A stretch of DNA of 64,000 nt from the human T2T-CHM13v2.0 reference genome, Homo sapiens. Where the stretch lies: assembly GCF_009914755.1 (NCBI RefSeq), contig NC_060946.1; one strand, given 5' to 3'. The notes beneath the pieces were generated by a model, which made no database searches, had not been told where the DNA came from, and saw nothing but the letters and a program-made list of their open reading frames with translations. Made by a program: the position numbers and the translations under genes. Of the stretch, positions 32,341 to 61,570 are shown one piece after another (position 1 is the stretch's first letter; the number at the start of each line of letters is the position of its first letter).

Positions 32341-33153
32341 CCGCTGCTACCCCACGGGATGTGTACTTTGTCACCCGCCCTGTGCGTTGCCACCTCCACC
32401 AAGTCCCCTCGGCTGACTTCTGGGAACTTCCTCCGCAGAACCCCTCAAGAGGTCACCTGCTCCCAGAAGGTGGTCTCCTGGGGGACACCGTGGCAAAGCC
32501 CTTCCGGCCCCCCTCCTCTGCACCTGGCACAGTGCAGAGTGTTGCGCCTCCATTTCCTCAGCTGCACCATGGGGGACCTTTCCCTGCCTTGCCTCCCCAA
32601 CATGGGGGAGTGTTGATGAAGGGGGAGGTATGAGGTTAGCTGGGCGTGTCATCCTGATGAAGCCAGGTCTGGCCAGCATCCCTCCGTGTGCTAGTTGTGG
32701 CTGATACAGGAAGACACCGGAGAAGCAGCCAGTGGCCTCCCCAAACCTCACGCCTGGTGGTCCATTTCCAAGAACAGGGGGAGATGGAGAGACCAGCATT
32801 GATTTCCAGGTCTCTCCAAAGCTAAATCTACATCACTCCCTGCATTCACAGCCTCTGTGTGGACCCCAGACCCATCAAGGTCCCCCTTTCCCCTGTCTGG
32901 AGTCCTCTTCTCCCCATTCCTGTGTAACTTGCTTCCTTTGTGTCCCGAGTGTCACATCCTCAAAGAAACTCCCCTGACCGCCTTCCCTCCCTCTCTCTTC
33001 CCTTAGTCTGTTTCTCCTTCACAGGGTGACACTTACCTCCTCCCGACACATTGGATACCTATGGGTTCACTTGTTCTCTTCTCTACCGAGGGAGGGGCCT
33101 GTCTACTACACAGCTGTTGTCTCAGTACCCAGAACATTGCCTGGCACACATTA

Positions 33154-35356
<2,203 letters not shown>

Positions 35357-35360
<4 letters not shown>

Positions 35361-35447
35361 ATATATATATGTATATATAACATATATATATGTAATATAT
35401 ATAATATATATGTTATATATGTAATATATGTATGTAATATATATATA
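35357..35447. repeat. AT-rich (TA)n degenerate microsatellite grown from an Alu tail
   Basis: atatat/gtaatat units directly after the Alu poly-A. Confidence 0.9.
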
Positions 35448-35516
35448 AAGCTGGCATTTTGTAATTATTTATGCACTTTTCTGTATACAAATATTCAGAA
35501 TATAAAATAGAATTGA

Positions 35517-36308
<792 letters not shown>

Positions 36309-36573
36309 GTGGGCAAGCCTGAGATGTGGGCATTGTGTCAGCTCTCCACCTAAGCGCTTCTATCCCTGAGGTTTATTTTGCAAACACTTAGAACAACAAT
36401 CAAGCAAAGTTTAGCAGAAAGAAAAAACAACCACAATCCAATTGCTTTAATAGGTCAGTCTTGCTTCATTTTTCAGAGTTCCTGCCCGGGGTTTGCCTAA
36501 TGCCATCCCTCTACACTATTGTAACAGCGGTGTCCGACAGCACACATTTTTATCTCCAAATGCTTGGGGCTGA

Positions 36574-37237
<664 letters not shown>

Positions 37238-38246
37238 ACAAAAGCTTCTTTAGAACTCCCCCGCCGTGTTTTAAGTGACTGACAGGCCCAGAGACTTGCC
37301 AGTTCAGCTTCGAGGCCCTGGCCACCACCCTCTCCTGTCTAAGCCTCAGTTCACGTCACAGTCTGTATAGGAGGTGGTGGGACTGGCTGATCTCTGAGAT
37401 CGCTCTTGGCCTTAACATTCTGCAAGACTGTTATTAAACTCCAGCTGTTCATCTTTTCTCCTTGGTCCCCAAGAAGAAAAGATAACTAATTCCCAGTCAC
37501 GTTAGGTATAAACAGCTCCAATCTCAGGTCCATGAGCTCATGTTCCGAAGGCCAGGTTCCAGGGCTCTCCCATCCACCCTTGTAAATCATTAACATACTT
37601 GCCATAGTCCTGTGAGAATGTGTGTCAGCAGCTTCCGGCCAGACTTTTCCCTGTGACTCATGGTTCTCCTTTGCTGGGAATCCCTGCTTCTCATCTGGAA
37701 AACAGATGAAACCCAGCCATCATCCCCAGGCCTAGACTGCAGCAGCCCCTCTAATACGGGCCTTTTCTCACCTGCTACAAAGATAGAGGCACTACTTGAC
37801 AAGGTTCAGTTGCCTCCCTTCCTCCCTTCCACACCATTGCACCACCCCAACACCCCCACCTAAGCTAACTCCACACAAAATATTTTCTCATTCTCAGATG
37901 TTGTCAGAAATTCTACCATAAGCGATCAGCTTTTTTTTTTTTTTTTTTAACAGATCCCTGCTAAAATTCCCCTGGAGGGAGTAGCCTTAAAATTATTATT
38001 AAGCATGACACCTTGGTGAGAATAAAGGATTCAGAAGACACTTTGAAAGAGGAAGCACCTGATGGGATTGGGGGTGGGGAGATACATACTAATATTTCCT
38101 GAGGCCCTGCCGTATGCCCGGAGCTTCACGGATGTGGACAACTAGAACCCCTGAGCCCCGGAAGAGGCAGCCAGTGTTTTTTCTTCATATGTTAGCGGGG
38201 GCAAGCAAAACCCAGAGAGGTTGAGTCATGCTCAAAATCACACGGC

Positions 38247-38880
<634 letters not shown>

Positions 38881-38987
38881 ATCACACAACAAATCAGAAC
38901 TGAGCCAAGATTCCAACCCTCCTGTAGCCACGAAGGAAGAGATATCAGTGTACACTCTGGTATTAACTCATTCCTTTTCTGGTTTAA

Positions 38988-39648
<661 letters not shown>

Positions 39649-40727
39649 CTGGAATGCTGTTTTGAAGGAAGAAAACCTATGTCATGCAACACAGGACAGC
39701 TTCATTGCTGGGAAGTGGAGTGGAGACGCAGGGTGCTCCAGGGCAGGGGCACCTGAAACCAGCGCAGCCTGAAACAGGCAGATCCCTTCTGCTCCAGCGC
39801 CCTGCTCCATCTGTCAATGAGAAGGAGGCTAAACTAGATATCCCCTTGGGCCTTTCCAGCCCCAACATCATGGGAGAACAGGCAGGGAGAGCTGGAGAGC
39901 CTGCTCCCCTTTTCCTGCCCCCTGAGGCTCCAGTTCAGAAGATGTTCCCCTTGTCCATGAACACACAGCCTTGGCACCCTCTGCCTCCTGCCTGGTCATG
40001 GCTGTGATCCAGGTGAACCTGACCTACCTGTCTCTGGACAGAACCTTTTGACTTCTGCTAGCACAGCTCCCTGGCATCTCCCCACCCCCAAAGCTTTGGT
40101 GAGCAGAGCCAGGTGGGACTGGGCAATAGGTCTGGTCATTGCCTCCATTTGGTCATCTCAGAATCAGCCCCCTTGGAGGCATCTGTGTGACCTCTGCCCC
40201 TGCTGATGCTATGTTATTGGTTAGGCTCACAGGGCTGGAGCTCACAGAATTTTGAGGGGCGATGAACACTGTGTTAATAATTAACATTGTGTACTACTGT
40301 AAAATGCAAAAATAAAATGGCAAAATTAAAATTAATAGACATTTCATTAAATACCTACAAGATGGAAGATTATGTCATCTTTTCGATTTGGTATTTATAA
40401 AAGTTTTACTACATTTGAAAACTCTTTGTGGGTTAGATTTTCTCACGTAGCAAGAATTCTGAGAGTTCCAGATGGTCGACGAGAAATCAGAAACTGAAAG
40501 TTACTGGTATTTTAGTTTATTTGGCAAACGTGTATTCAGGACTTACCTCTGCTGGGCGTGGTGTTATGAATTTACATATGTCAACACACTGAATTCTATG
40601 ACTTAAGAGCCATCATTATTCCTGTTTTATGCATGAGGAAACCGAGGCATACAGAGGTTATGTATCTTCTCCAAGATCAACAAAGGCAGAGTCACGTAGC
40701 CAAGAAAATTCAAAGGCAAAATTATAG

Positions 40728-42973
<2,246 letters not shown>

Positions 42974-42992
42974 TTAGAAACGTGAGCTGGGT

Positions 42993-44045
<1,053 letters not shown>

Positions 44046-44478
44046 GGGACAAACTTCAACTCACTGCTGCAGCCTCTTCCACCACTTTTGCTAGTACAGC
44101 ATCTGTTCTGTCCTCTTCTCATGATGGGGTTTTTCCTCTGGGACCCACCCTGTGCCCGTTTCAGTTCACGAGAGCTGAGCCAGGTCTGGCCCATTAAATC
44201 AGAGCATCTCCCTCGCCATAGTGATAGTCCAGGGATGGTCCAGTCAGGGCCAATCCCAGGACTCTGGATGTCTTTGCAGTAGGGCCACTAAGAGGACAGC
44301 TGCCAGCCGCCATCTTTCCAGCAGCCATCTTGGTAGGGCGACCTGGCTGAGAATGGAGCCCACACAGAGGAGAACAGGGCCGAGAGATGGAAAGTGAAGC
44401 CCAGTCTTTCAGTTGCGGAGCCAATACACCCCCTTTCCTGCTGAAGCCAGCTGAGAGGGGTTTCTGGCCCTTACTCAT

Positions 44479-45594
<1,116 letters not shown>

Positions 45595-46502
45595 TCATCA
45601 GTGGGTTATGACTGAAACAGAGACCACCATGAGCCCTCACTTAACAAACGGGGGAGTCCCAATGGTACGTTGGCTGCTGGGCCCTCCCTACCAGAGATGA
45701 AAGTGGGACGGGCAGTAGAGGGTGAGCCCTGGTAGGGCCCTAGGAGGCCTCTGGTCCAGCCTGTCCATTTCACATTGAAGGGACAAAAGCCAGAGAGGCA
45801 GGGACCAGCCTGAGGTCACATGTGTGCTGCCCTCAGCCTAGAATGCCCATTCACCCTCACTCTCAGCTCAGGCCTCTCACGTGGGCCCTCTCCGAGGGTG
45901 GGCTGGCTGTCAGCAGGCACTGTCTTCCTGCTGAAGCCCAATATGTCCTGTCTGCACCCCCCCATAACAGCCCTGCTGATTCTGCTGCCGCTGCTTGCTG
46001 ACATTTTCTTCCCTTCTGGCCATGCTGTTCTGTTCACGAAGTGCACCAATCCATGCCTCATCGTGGCATAGAGCTTGGGCCCTTCATCCTGAGTAGAAGT
46101 CTGTGGACAGAATTCAGGAGATCTGTGAACTTGGATGGGAAGAAAATAACACCTTTAGTTTTACTAATGTTGAGCGGAAATTTGGCATGTCTTTCATTAT
46201 GACTGTAGGCTACAGACCACAGATATACTGGTAATATCTGTGACTTTGTCACCAGCGTCCACACAGGGCCTGACAAGAGGGTGAGTCAGATGTGGTTCCT
46301 GCCTTCCCAGAGCTGCCCTGAGTTTGCAGGGGTTTGCAGGAGAGGCCGGGAGACCCAGGCTGGAGTGTTGCTGTGGGAGTGAAGAAGGGGAGGAGACCAA
46401 ATCCAGAGATAATGAAGCAGTCACAGTGGCAGGCCTTGGTGGCCTGTGTGACATGCAGCCAGCACTGAATTGCCCCTCACCCTGAGCCCTCTCCCCTCCC
46501 TG

Positions 46503-46886
46503 GTGTTTTGGTCTGTTTTGTGCTGCTATAACAGAAGACTGGGTAATTTATAAAGAAGAGAAATTTGTTTCTCGCAGTCCTACAGGCTGTGAAGTCCAAA
46601 ACCAAGGTGCCAGCATCTGGTGGGGGCCTTCTTGCTGTGTCCTCACATGGCAGAAGGTAGAAGGGCAAAAGAGCACTCAAGTGTGCAAGAGAAAGGAGGC
46701 CAAGTTTATCCTTTATAAGGATGCCACTTCAACAGTAACAAACCCACTCCCACTCCATAATAATGACATTAATACATTTGTGAGGGAAGAGCCACCATGA
46801 CCCAATCACCTCTTAAAGGCCCCACCTCTCAACACTGTTGCATTGGGGATTAAGTGTCCAGCACAAGACACACTCAAACCATAACA
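46503..46886 (-). mobile_element. MST (MaLR) LTR
   Basis: gctgctataacagaa..ctgggtaatttataaag...cacctcttaaaggccccacctc...aaaccataaca. Confidence 0.75.
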
Positions 46887-47276
46887 CCCAGCTTTTAGGA
46901 CCCAGGAATCAGTCCCTCCAGGCTTCTTCGGAGTCAGGTCCTTGGGGGTCCATCCTGGGCCAAGCTCCTCCCTCCCATGGCACCAAACTCCATCACACAC
47001 CAACCACTCCCCACATCTGCTTGACCTTCAGCCCTTACCTTTTCCTGTGCCCAGCTGAAAGTTCAAGAAGTTCATAGAAATGCCTGAAGGGACACCTCAA
47101 TGTGTCCCCCAGATCTCATCCTCCTGCAGGCTCTCCCTCTCCATTTCTTTCCAGACGCCCCCTCCTTTGCTCTCAGCTCTCATCCATCTGGTGATTTCAT
47201 CTTCTAAGTACTCTCAGGTCCATCTGCTTCACACCATCCCCACTGTCATGAGTTCTTCTGCTTGAACTCTTTTAGC

Positions 47277-48657
<1,381 letters not shown>

Positions 48658-48675
48658 AACATCCTCTTCGTGGGG

Positions 48676-49392
<717 letters not shown>

Positions 49393-49608
49393 TGGGGTCT
49401 CCCAACTTAGGAGGCCTGGCCCCTCCAACCCACCTTCTACCCAAACACCAGGGAGATCTATTTGTCTGTCTGTATATCATTGACCTATCTTTTCTTCTTT
49501 GTTATTAATTTTTTCTTTTTAATATGAAATATTTCAAATAAATCCAAAAGTAGAGTGAAGTATATAATAGAAAATTTTTATATCCATCCCCTAGATTTAA
49601 GTTATTAA

Positions 49609-52309
<2,701 letters not shown>

Positions 52310-52759
52310 CTAGAATCCCAGCTCCACCAGCCCCTCGCTGGGTGAAGCGGCTCAGCCTCTGTGAGTCTCAGTTCCCTTCTCAGCAAAGTGGGGGTCATGG
52401 GGGTTGTGCTTCCCCATGGGGCTGTGCACACATTCCTTGCGGTCCTGCCTGGAAGCCTCTAGCACTTTCAATACAGGAATGGTTTTCATGGTCCGTTTTC
52501 CTTAAGACTCAGCACACAGAGACATCATTCATTCATTCTCCCCTCTTTCATCGTTGCCTGCCTCCTCAGGGTAGGCCCTTGATGGCTGGGTTCTGGGGAC
52601 ACCAAGTGCTCCCCACAGCCTGAGATATCAGTGGTTCATGGCTTGGCAGGCTGCCCTATGATTGAAGAAACAAGGAAGGGACAGGTGTGTGTACAGACGT
52701 CAGAGCAGCCAGGTGCAGAGGCAGGTGCGTGTACAGATGTAAGCGGGGTCAGGTGCCGA

Positions 52760-54373
52760 TGTTATGGAATCTTTGGGGTGTCGCTTTTCTGGGCAGAAAC
52801 CTCTGTGGCCAGTGGCATCTTTGTCTGAGTTTTGCTTGGGCCCACTGGGCTCATTCCGCCCACTTGTCCTGGCAGACTGCACTCGGCTCACACTATCGGC
52901 CTGGATCCCACGTCTACCAAGGGAGACTGCGTGGGGTGGTGACGGGTGTGTAAGCACGCGTGAGGTCCGGCCACTGCACAGTCAGACACGCCGGCTGCTG
53001 CAGTGGGGCAGGCAGCTCCGGGTGCCAGCATGGGCCCCAGCTCTCTGCGAGGCTACAGCTGGACCAGGCGCACTGCAAGCAGCTTCCACAGCTGGCACTG
53101 GGGAACACAGTGGCTCTCAGAAGCTTGGAGATGCCAGAAACCACAGGGACCCAAAGAGGGCATCACAGCCCTGGCTTGGGAGACTCCCCGGTCTGGGCTC
53201 CCCAAAGGGCTGCAGCTCTTCCTTCCTTCTCTTCCCCTGCAATGTGGCCAGCAAGGGGCATGTCTCAGCACTGTTTGTGTTATAGCTCTTTTAGCCTTAT
53301 TCAGTGGGTCCCAAGTTCTTGTCCTCCACTCAGGAAGAATGAGGTACGGAAACAAGAGGGTGAGCAAGATGAAGAGGAGCTTTATTGAGTGACAATAGCT
53401 CAGAGGAGGCCCTGGAGAGGGCAGTTCCTCACTACAGCTGGTCATCCGACATCTGCTCAGCTCTGGCTGAGCCTGGGGCTTCTGTGAGCCTCAGAGAGGG
53501 GGAAGCTCATGCTGACTGGTCCATGGGCGGCCATGGGCAGGCCCAGAAAAGGCAACACAAGTTCGCACTCCAGTCCACGGCACTGACAGCCTGGCCCCCA
53601 GCCTTCAGGGCCTCCCTGGCCTGAAGGTGGGCCTCACCAGGGACTCACCCCCTTCTGCCCAGAAACCTGTCTGCCTCCTGCTGCCATTCATGGCCCCCAG
53701 GCTATAGGTACCAAGGGGCGTCTGCAGGCCACTGCCAAGCTGCCCTCAGTTCCTCCTCAGCTTCATTCCTATGCTCATCAGTGCCCAAAATCTGGAGAGG
53801 CCTGAGACAGCAGGGGGCTGGCATGTCAGCACTGCCCGGAGTGTGTGCACACCTGGCTGGGCTGTGACAAAACCCAGGCTCGGCCCCAATTTTGCCCCAA
53901 GATCAGAGCAGGTGCCGACAGCAAGGAGAAGCCAGGCAGTGGGAGCAGGCATTTCCAAGCCTGTGAGGGCAGGGGGGCCTTCCAGGGCCCCCAAGAGTGC
54001 AGAGATGCCTGGGTCCACAGTGGCAGTTAGGGCCGGTGCAGCTATGTGGGATGTGGGGCAGGACTCCAGCCTGCTCCGTGGAGCGGGAGGCCCCGGTCTG
54101 CAGCTGTGGTTTGGGCGGCTGCAGCTGCACCTGGGAGGGTGGGGTTCCCACCTGCTCCCAGGCTCCGAGAGCACAGGGATGCCTGGGTCCACAGCCGTGG
54201 CTTGGGCAGCTGCAGCGGCATGCAGGGAGCTGCCACCCCGACTCAGAATGGGAGAGGCTCCTGCCTGTCCCCAGCTCCTGCCAGTTCCATGGAACATGCA
54301 GCCCCAGCCGTGCCTCCCTGCTGCAGCTGGTGTGACAGCAGCAGCCGCTCCAGATGGCCTGCCACTGCCACCA
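52760..54373 (-). mobile_element. Uninterrupted ~1.6 kb solo MER52-family (ERV1) LTR
   Basis: Minus strand begins TGGTGGCAGTGGCAGGCCATCTGG and ends GCGACACCCCAAAGATTCCATAACA; TSD CCGA/CTGA (one CpG transition). Confidence 0.8.
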
Positions 54374-55488
54374 CTGAGACAGGTGTGTGTATAGAGGTCC
54401 ATTTTATTCAGGCTGGTGAAGGAAGGCTTCTCAGGGGAGGTGGCCCTTGGGCTTCCTCCAGATGCTCTGGAGTCCTCAGTGTCTGACTCCGGCAAGTCTT
54501 TCTGAAGAACAAGCAAAGCTCTTTCTCTTGCCACCGCCAAAACATTTCCAAGGGACTCTTCAGAAGAGAGTCAGTCTGCACAGCTCCCCTGGGGCCTGGG
54601 CGGTGGGGGCAGAGATCTTATCCAACTTCTCAAATGAGATTCTGCAGGCTCCAGTGACTCGCTGGAGGTCACCCAGCTGGTAAGAAGAGGAACTGGAACT
54701 TAACCTCAGGGCTTCCACCCCGGCTCCTTCTTCTGCTCCACAAATGCAGCCCAAGCCTTGAGGGCACCGAATAGGTCAAGGGCCAGGACAGTAGCCTGGA
54801 GCCACCCCACGAGGGTGTGGGAACCGAGGGCGGGGTGGCATGGTGAACATGGAGGAGGGAAGCCCCTATTTTTCCTGAATCCCATGCCCTGGGATCCCAG
54901 AGCAAGGCTGGCCAGGGCTGACCTTCCTTCTCATTGCAGCATCTGCTCTCAGGGCCAAGGATTGCTCTGATGACAGACTACAGGCAGAGCGAGTGGCCGG
55001 CAGGAGCCACGTGCTTCCGGAGCCTCCTGCGGCCACCCCTGCCTCCGCACTCCCCCTACAGTCCACCTCGACACAGCAGCCCAGGCCACGTTTCCAAAGC
55101 CAAAGTCAGATCATGCCATTCCTGTTCTCATCTCACACAGAATAAAACCTCAATTCTTGTCTCCGCCTGCAAGTCCCTGTACAATCCGGCGCCTGCTGAT
55201 CTCATCAAGCTCTCCTGGAACCAAATCACCAGAGCAACACCATGGCAGGGGCCTCCCTCTCAGAGGAGGAGGCATTGACAAGAGATGATCTCAGGGCAGA
55301 CGGTTCTAGACCAGGACAGAGCTGGAGCTGAGGCCTGAGGCAGCAGGTGCCTAGCCAGGGGCCAGCAAGGAGGTCTGAGTGCTGGAGGTCAATGTTAGAA
55401 AATAGTCGGGGCCCAGACCAGGCAGCCCATGAATGGGTTTTTCTTTGGTTCACACAGTATATTACAAAACGGACCCACACATATGTAG

Positions 55489-55798
<310 letters not shown>

Positions 55799-55799
55799 C

Positions 55800-58845
<3,046 letters not shown>

Positions 58846-58847
58846 AT

Positions 58848-59105
58848 TTATTTTATTTTATTATTTTATTTTGAGACAGGGTCTTGCTTTGCCACCCAGG
58901 CTGGAGTTCAGGGGCACTATCATAGCTCACTGTAGCCTTGAACTCCTGGGCTCAAGCAATCTTCCTGCCTCAGCCTCCCGAGTAGCTGGGATTACAGGCA
59001 CGCGCCACCACACCCAGCTAATCTTTTATTTTTGTGGAGATGAGGTCTCACTATGTTGCCCAGGCTGGTCTTGAACTCCTGGGCTCAAATGATCCTCCCG
59101 CCCAT
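58848..59105 (-). mobile_element. AluJ (5'-truncated)
   Basis: catagctcactgtagccttgaactcctgggctcaag. Confidence 0.85.
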
Positions 59106-59559
59106 GTCCACGCATGGTCCTTCCCTCTGCCGCACACAGAGGAAGGACCTGGGGCAAGAGGATCTGTGGGAGCTGAGTGGGGGAGCCTAGGAGAGAGGGG
59201 GTCCGAAAGAGGGGGTGGAAGGGAGAGGATGCATGCCCCGCCACTGCTGGGCTTCCTGTCCCCCTCTCCCTCCCCGCCAGCCTGCAGCCTTCCAACCGCT
59301 GCCCCTGCCCCTCCGCTCAGACCTTCCCCGAGCTCCAAAACCGTCCTGGGCTGCCAGGCCCCGCCCCGTCGCCCCCCATCCTCCACCCCCTGCCCCTTGC
59401 TGACCTCATCACCCAGCCCTCTCCCCTCCCTCCTCCTGACAGCCGCCGGTGAGGTTCCCTCTGCCTGGAAGATCTTCCCAGTCTCCCCAACCTCCCTCTG
59501 TCCCCTCCTCCAGGTCCCCGCACAGTCCCTTCTGGTGAGGCCACCGACGCAAGCCCCGC

Positions 59560-59765
59560 CTCCACCCGCTCACCCCTCACTCGCCCCCATCCCCGTCACC
59601 CGCCCCACTCCCCTCACCCGCTTCCCTCACCCCTCACCCTCCCCTATCTCCCTGGCCCGCCCCCACCCCCCTCACCTCTCACCCGCCCCCACCCCCGTCA
59701 CTCCTCACCCGCCCCCATCCCCCTCGCCCGCCCCCATTCCTCCCGCCCCTCGCCCGCCCCATCTC
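59560..59765 (+). repeat. C-rich low-complexity tract (ccctcacccgc-like units)
   Basis: Near-pure C/T/A sequence with repeated CCC runs; G-rich on the minus strand. Confidence 0.8.
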
Positions 59766-60265
59766 CTGCCCTCGTCTCTCCCAGCACAGGAGAGCGCCGT
59801 GGGTTTGCTGACCGCGTCCCCGCTGAAAGGCGACTCCGGGAGCACAGGCTTCTGCCCTCTCCTGATGTCCCTAGCAGCGCCGGGCACGCAGCAGTGCTCG
59901 CTGGGTTTTTGTTGCACCTTTGAGAGGAAAAGGAGCTCGGTGTCCCCTGCAGCCCCTGGAAGTGAGGCGAAGAAGGCCAGGATGGAGTTGGGTGGGCACC
60001 CGCCTGTGGTCGTACCCGGATCGTGGAGGCCGCGGGCCCTGAACCCTAGACACTGGGCGGGACCCCACCTCCATTATAAAAAAAAGTAATAAAGCAAAAG
60101 CATCTCGCGACTGCGCTGCCATAATGGCAAATGTGTCGAAATTATACGCGAAAACAATTGCTTCCCCCTGAGAGGGCATTCTTCTGATGCTAATAGAAAT
60201 TGGGGGAGTCAGCCTTGCTGTGGGCGCGGCACCGCCCCCTCCCCGGCCGAACCGCCCGCGTTGCG

Positions 60266-60279
60266 CCGCCAGGGGGCGC
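60266..60279 (+). promoter_or_regulatory. CTCF-like core motif CCGCCAGGGGGCGC
   Basis: Close match to the CTCF core consensus CCRSYAGRKGGCRS. Confidence 0.6.
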
Positions 60280-60351
60280 CCGACACCAACGCGAGGCTCC
60301 ACGCGCCAGCGGGGCGGGGCTGAGAGGAGGTGGGGGCGGAGCCTGGGTAGG

Positions 60352-60430
60352 CGGGGGCGGGGGCGGGGGCGGGGGCGGGGGCGGGGGCGGGGGCGGGGGC
60401 GGGGGCGGGGGCGGGGGCGGGGGCGGGGGC
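60352..60430 (+). repeat. Pure hexanucleotide repeat (CGGGGG)13
   Basis: 13 uninterrupted copies read directly. Confidence 0.98.
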
Positions 60431-61329
60431 AGGCCCCGGGCGGCGAAGCCGCGCTCCACAGCCAGGACCCTGCTCTCCCGGCCCCGGCCCACCCTTGCGG
60501 TCCCGGCTGCACCCAAACCCGACCCCCTGCACTTCTCACCTCCCGGCGTAGTGCATACTGTTCCTTCCACCGGGAACACGCGGAATACCTTCCCCGTTCA
60601 AGATCTAGTCGAGGCACCACCGCCTCCAGCAAGCCTTCCCGAGCCTCAGGCTGAACCAGGCACCTCCCTTGGGCTCCTACAGGTCCCCTGGCCACACTGT
60701 CACTCTGTATTCTTCTCCTGGGACAGTGGACAGTGAGTCCCCCGGCCGGGATGGGGCTGGGTCACCCACGATCCTAGCACGTGGTGAGTGGGTTTCAGGT
60801 GAATAAATCTGGGAGCCGGGAGCCCCAGGCAGCTTACTCAGATGATCGATGGTGGAAGTCCTGTCCCTCCACCCACCTTTGCTTAGAGCCTGGGACCACA
60901 GACGCTTAGTAAGTAACTGGGCTCCCTGGCTCCTGCCCCAGCCTGTCAGCCCCCATCTATAACTTCTGAGGGCTGAATCTTCCTCCTGCAGAACCTCGGG
61001 CTCTGAAGGTGATCCTTAGTAGGCCAGCTTCCAGCCCAGCCTTTGCATCTAACACCCTCCCCGCTTTTCACAGTCTCTCCCTGTTCCCTTGTTCAGTTGG
61101 GGTGGGGGATCGTTTGTGAGACTTGTCTTCATATTGTGAGCAATAATAAAGTACTTAAAGATATTTGAAAACTATTTTCTTACGAATAATAGAGAAGATT
61201 CCAGTTATCCCTGTAGTAATCTCTCACTCATTTGCAACCTTGCAGACTTAGTGGTTTCAGAAAGTCTTGCAAATACTCAGCCTTTCATTCCCCGGGGTCC
61301 CGTGCTGGCATCAGGCTCACACATGCACC

Positions 61330-61570
61330 AGGTGACTGGTTCAGGCACAGAGGGAAGCGGACTGCCTGGGTTTAAATTCCAGCTCCACGCTCCATGGATG
61401 TGTGACCTTAGGTAAACTACTCAGCCTCTCTGTGCCTCAATTTCTTCATGTGTAAAGTGTGATGGTGATGTCAGAGCCACCCCTGGGATTCTCAGGACGA
61501 TTCGGGAAACTGCCTGTGGTGCACTCAGGAGGGAGTGGACCACAGAGGAAGTGCTCAGTAGGGGTTAGTA
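61330..61570 (+). mobile_element. MIR relic
   Basis: gactgcctgggtttaaattccagctcc...tgtgaccttaggtaa...ctctctgtgcctcaatttcttcat.tgtaaa. Confidence 0.7.

Larger units (their letters stand above)
59300..60650. promoter_or_regulatory. Orphan CpG island (promoter/enhancer-like)
   Basis: CpG-dense unique sequence ~28 kb upstream of KIAA0930; GC box 60055-60061, TATAAAA 60075-60081, CTCF-like motif, G-rich repeat. Confidence 0.75.

Noticed and set aside
53746-54540. 200-260 aa ORFs on both strands
   Set aside because: Lie largely within the GC-rich MER52-type LTR; no gag/pol/env similarity.
59034-60089. 351-aa Pro-rich ORF
   Set aside because: Starts inside an antisense AluJ and runs through C-rich low-complexity sequence.
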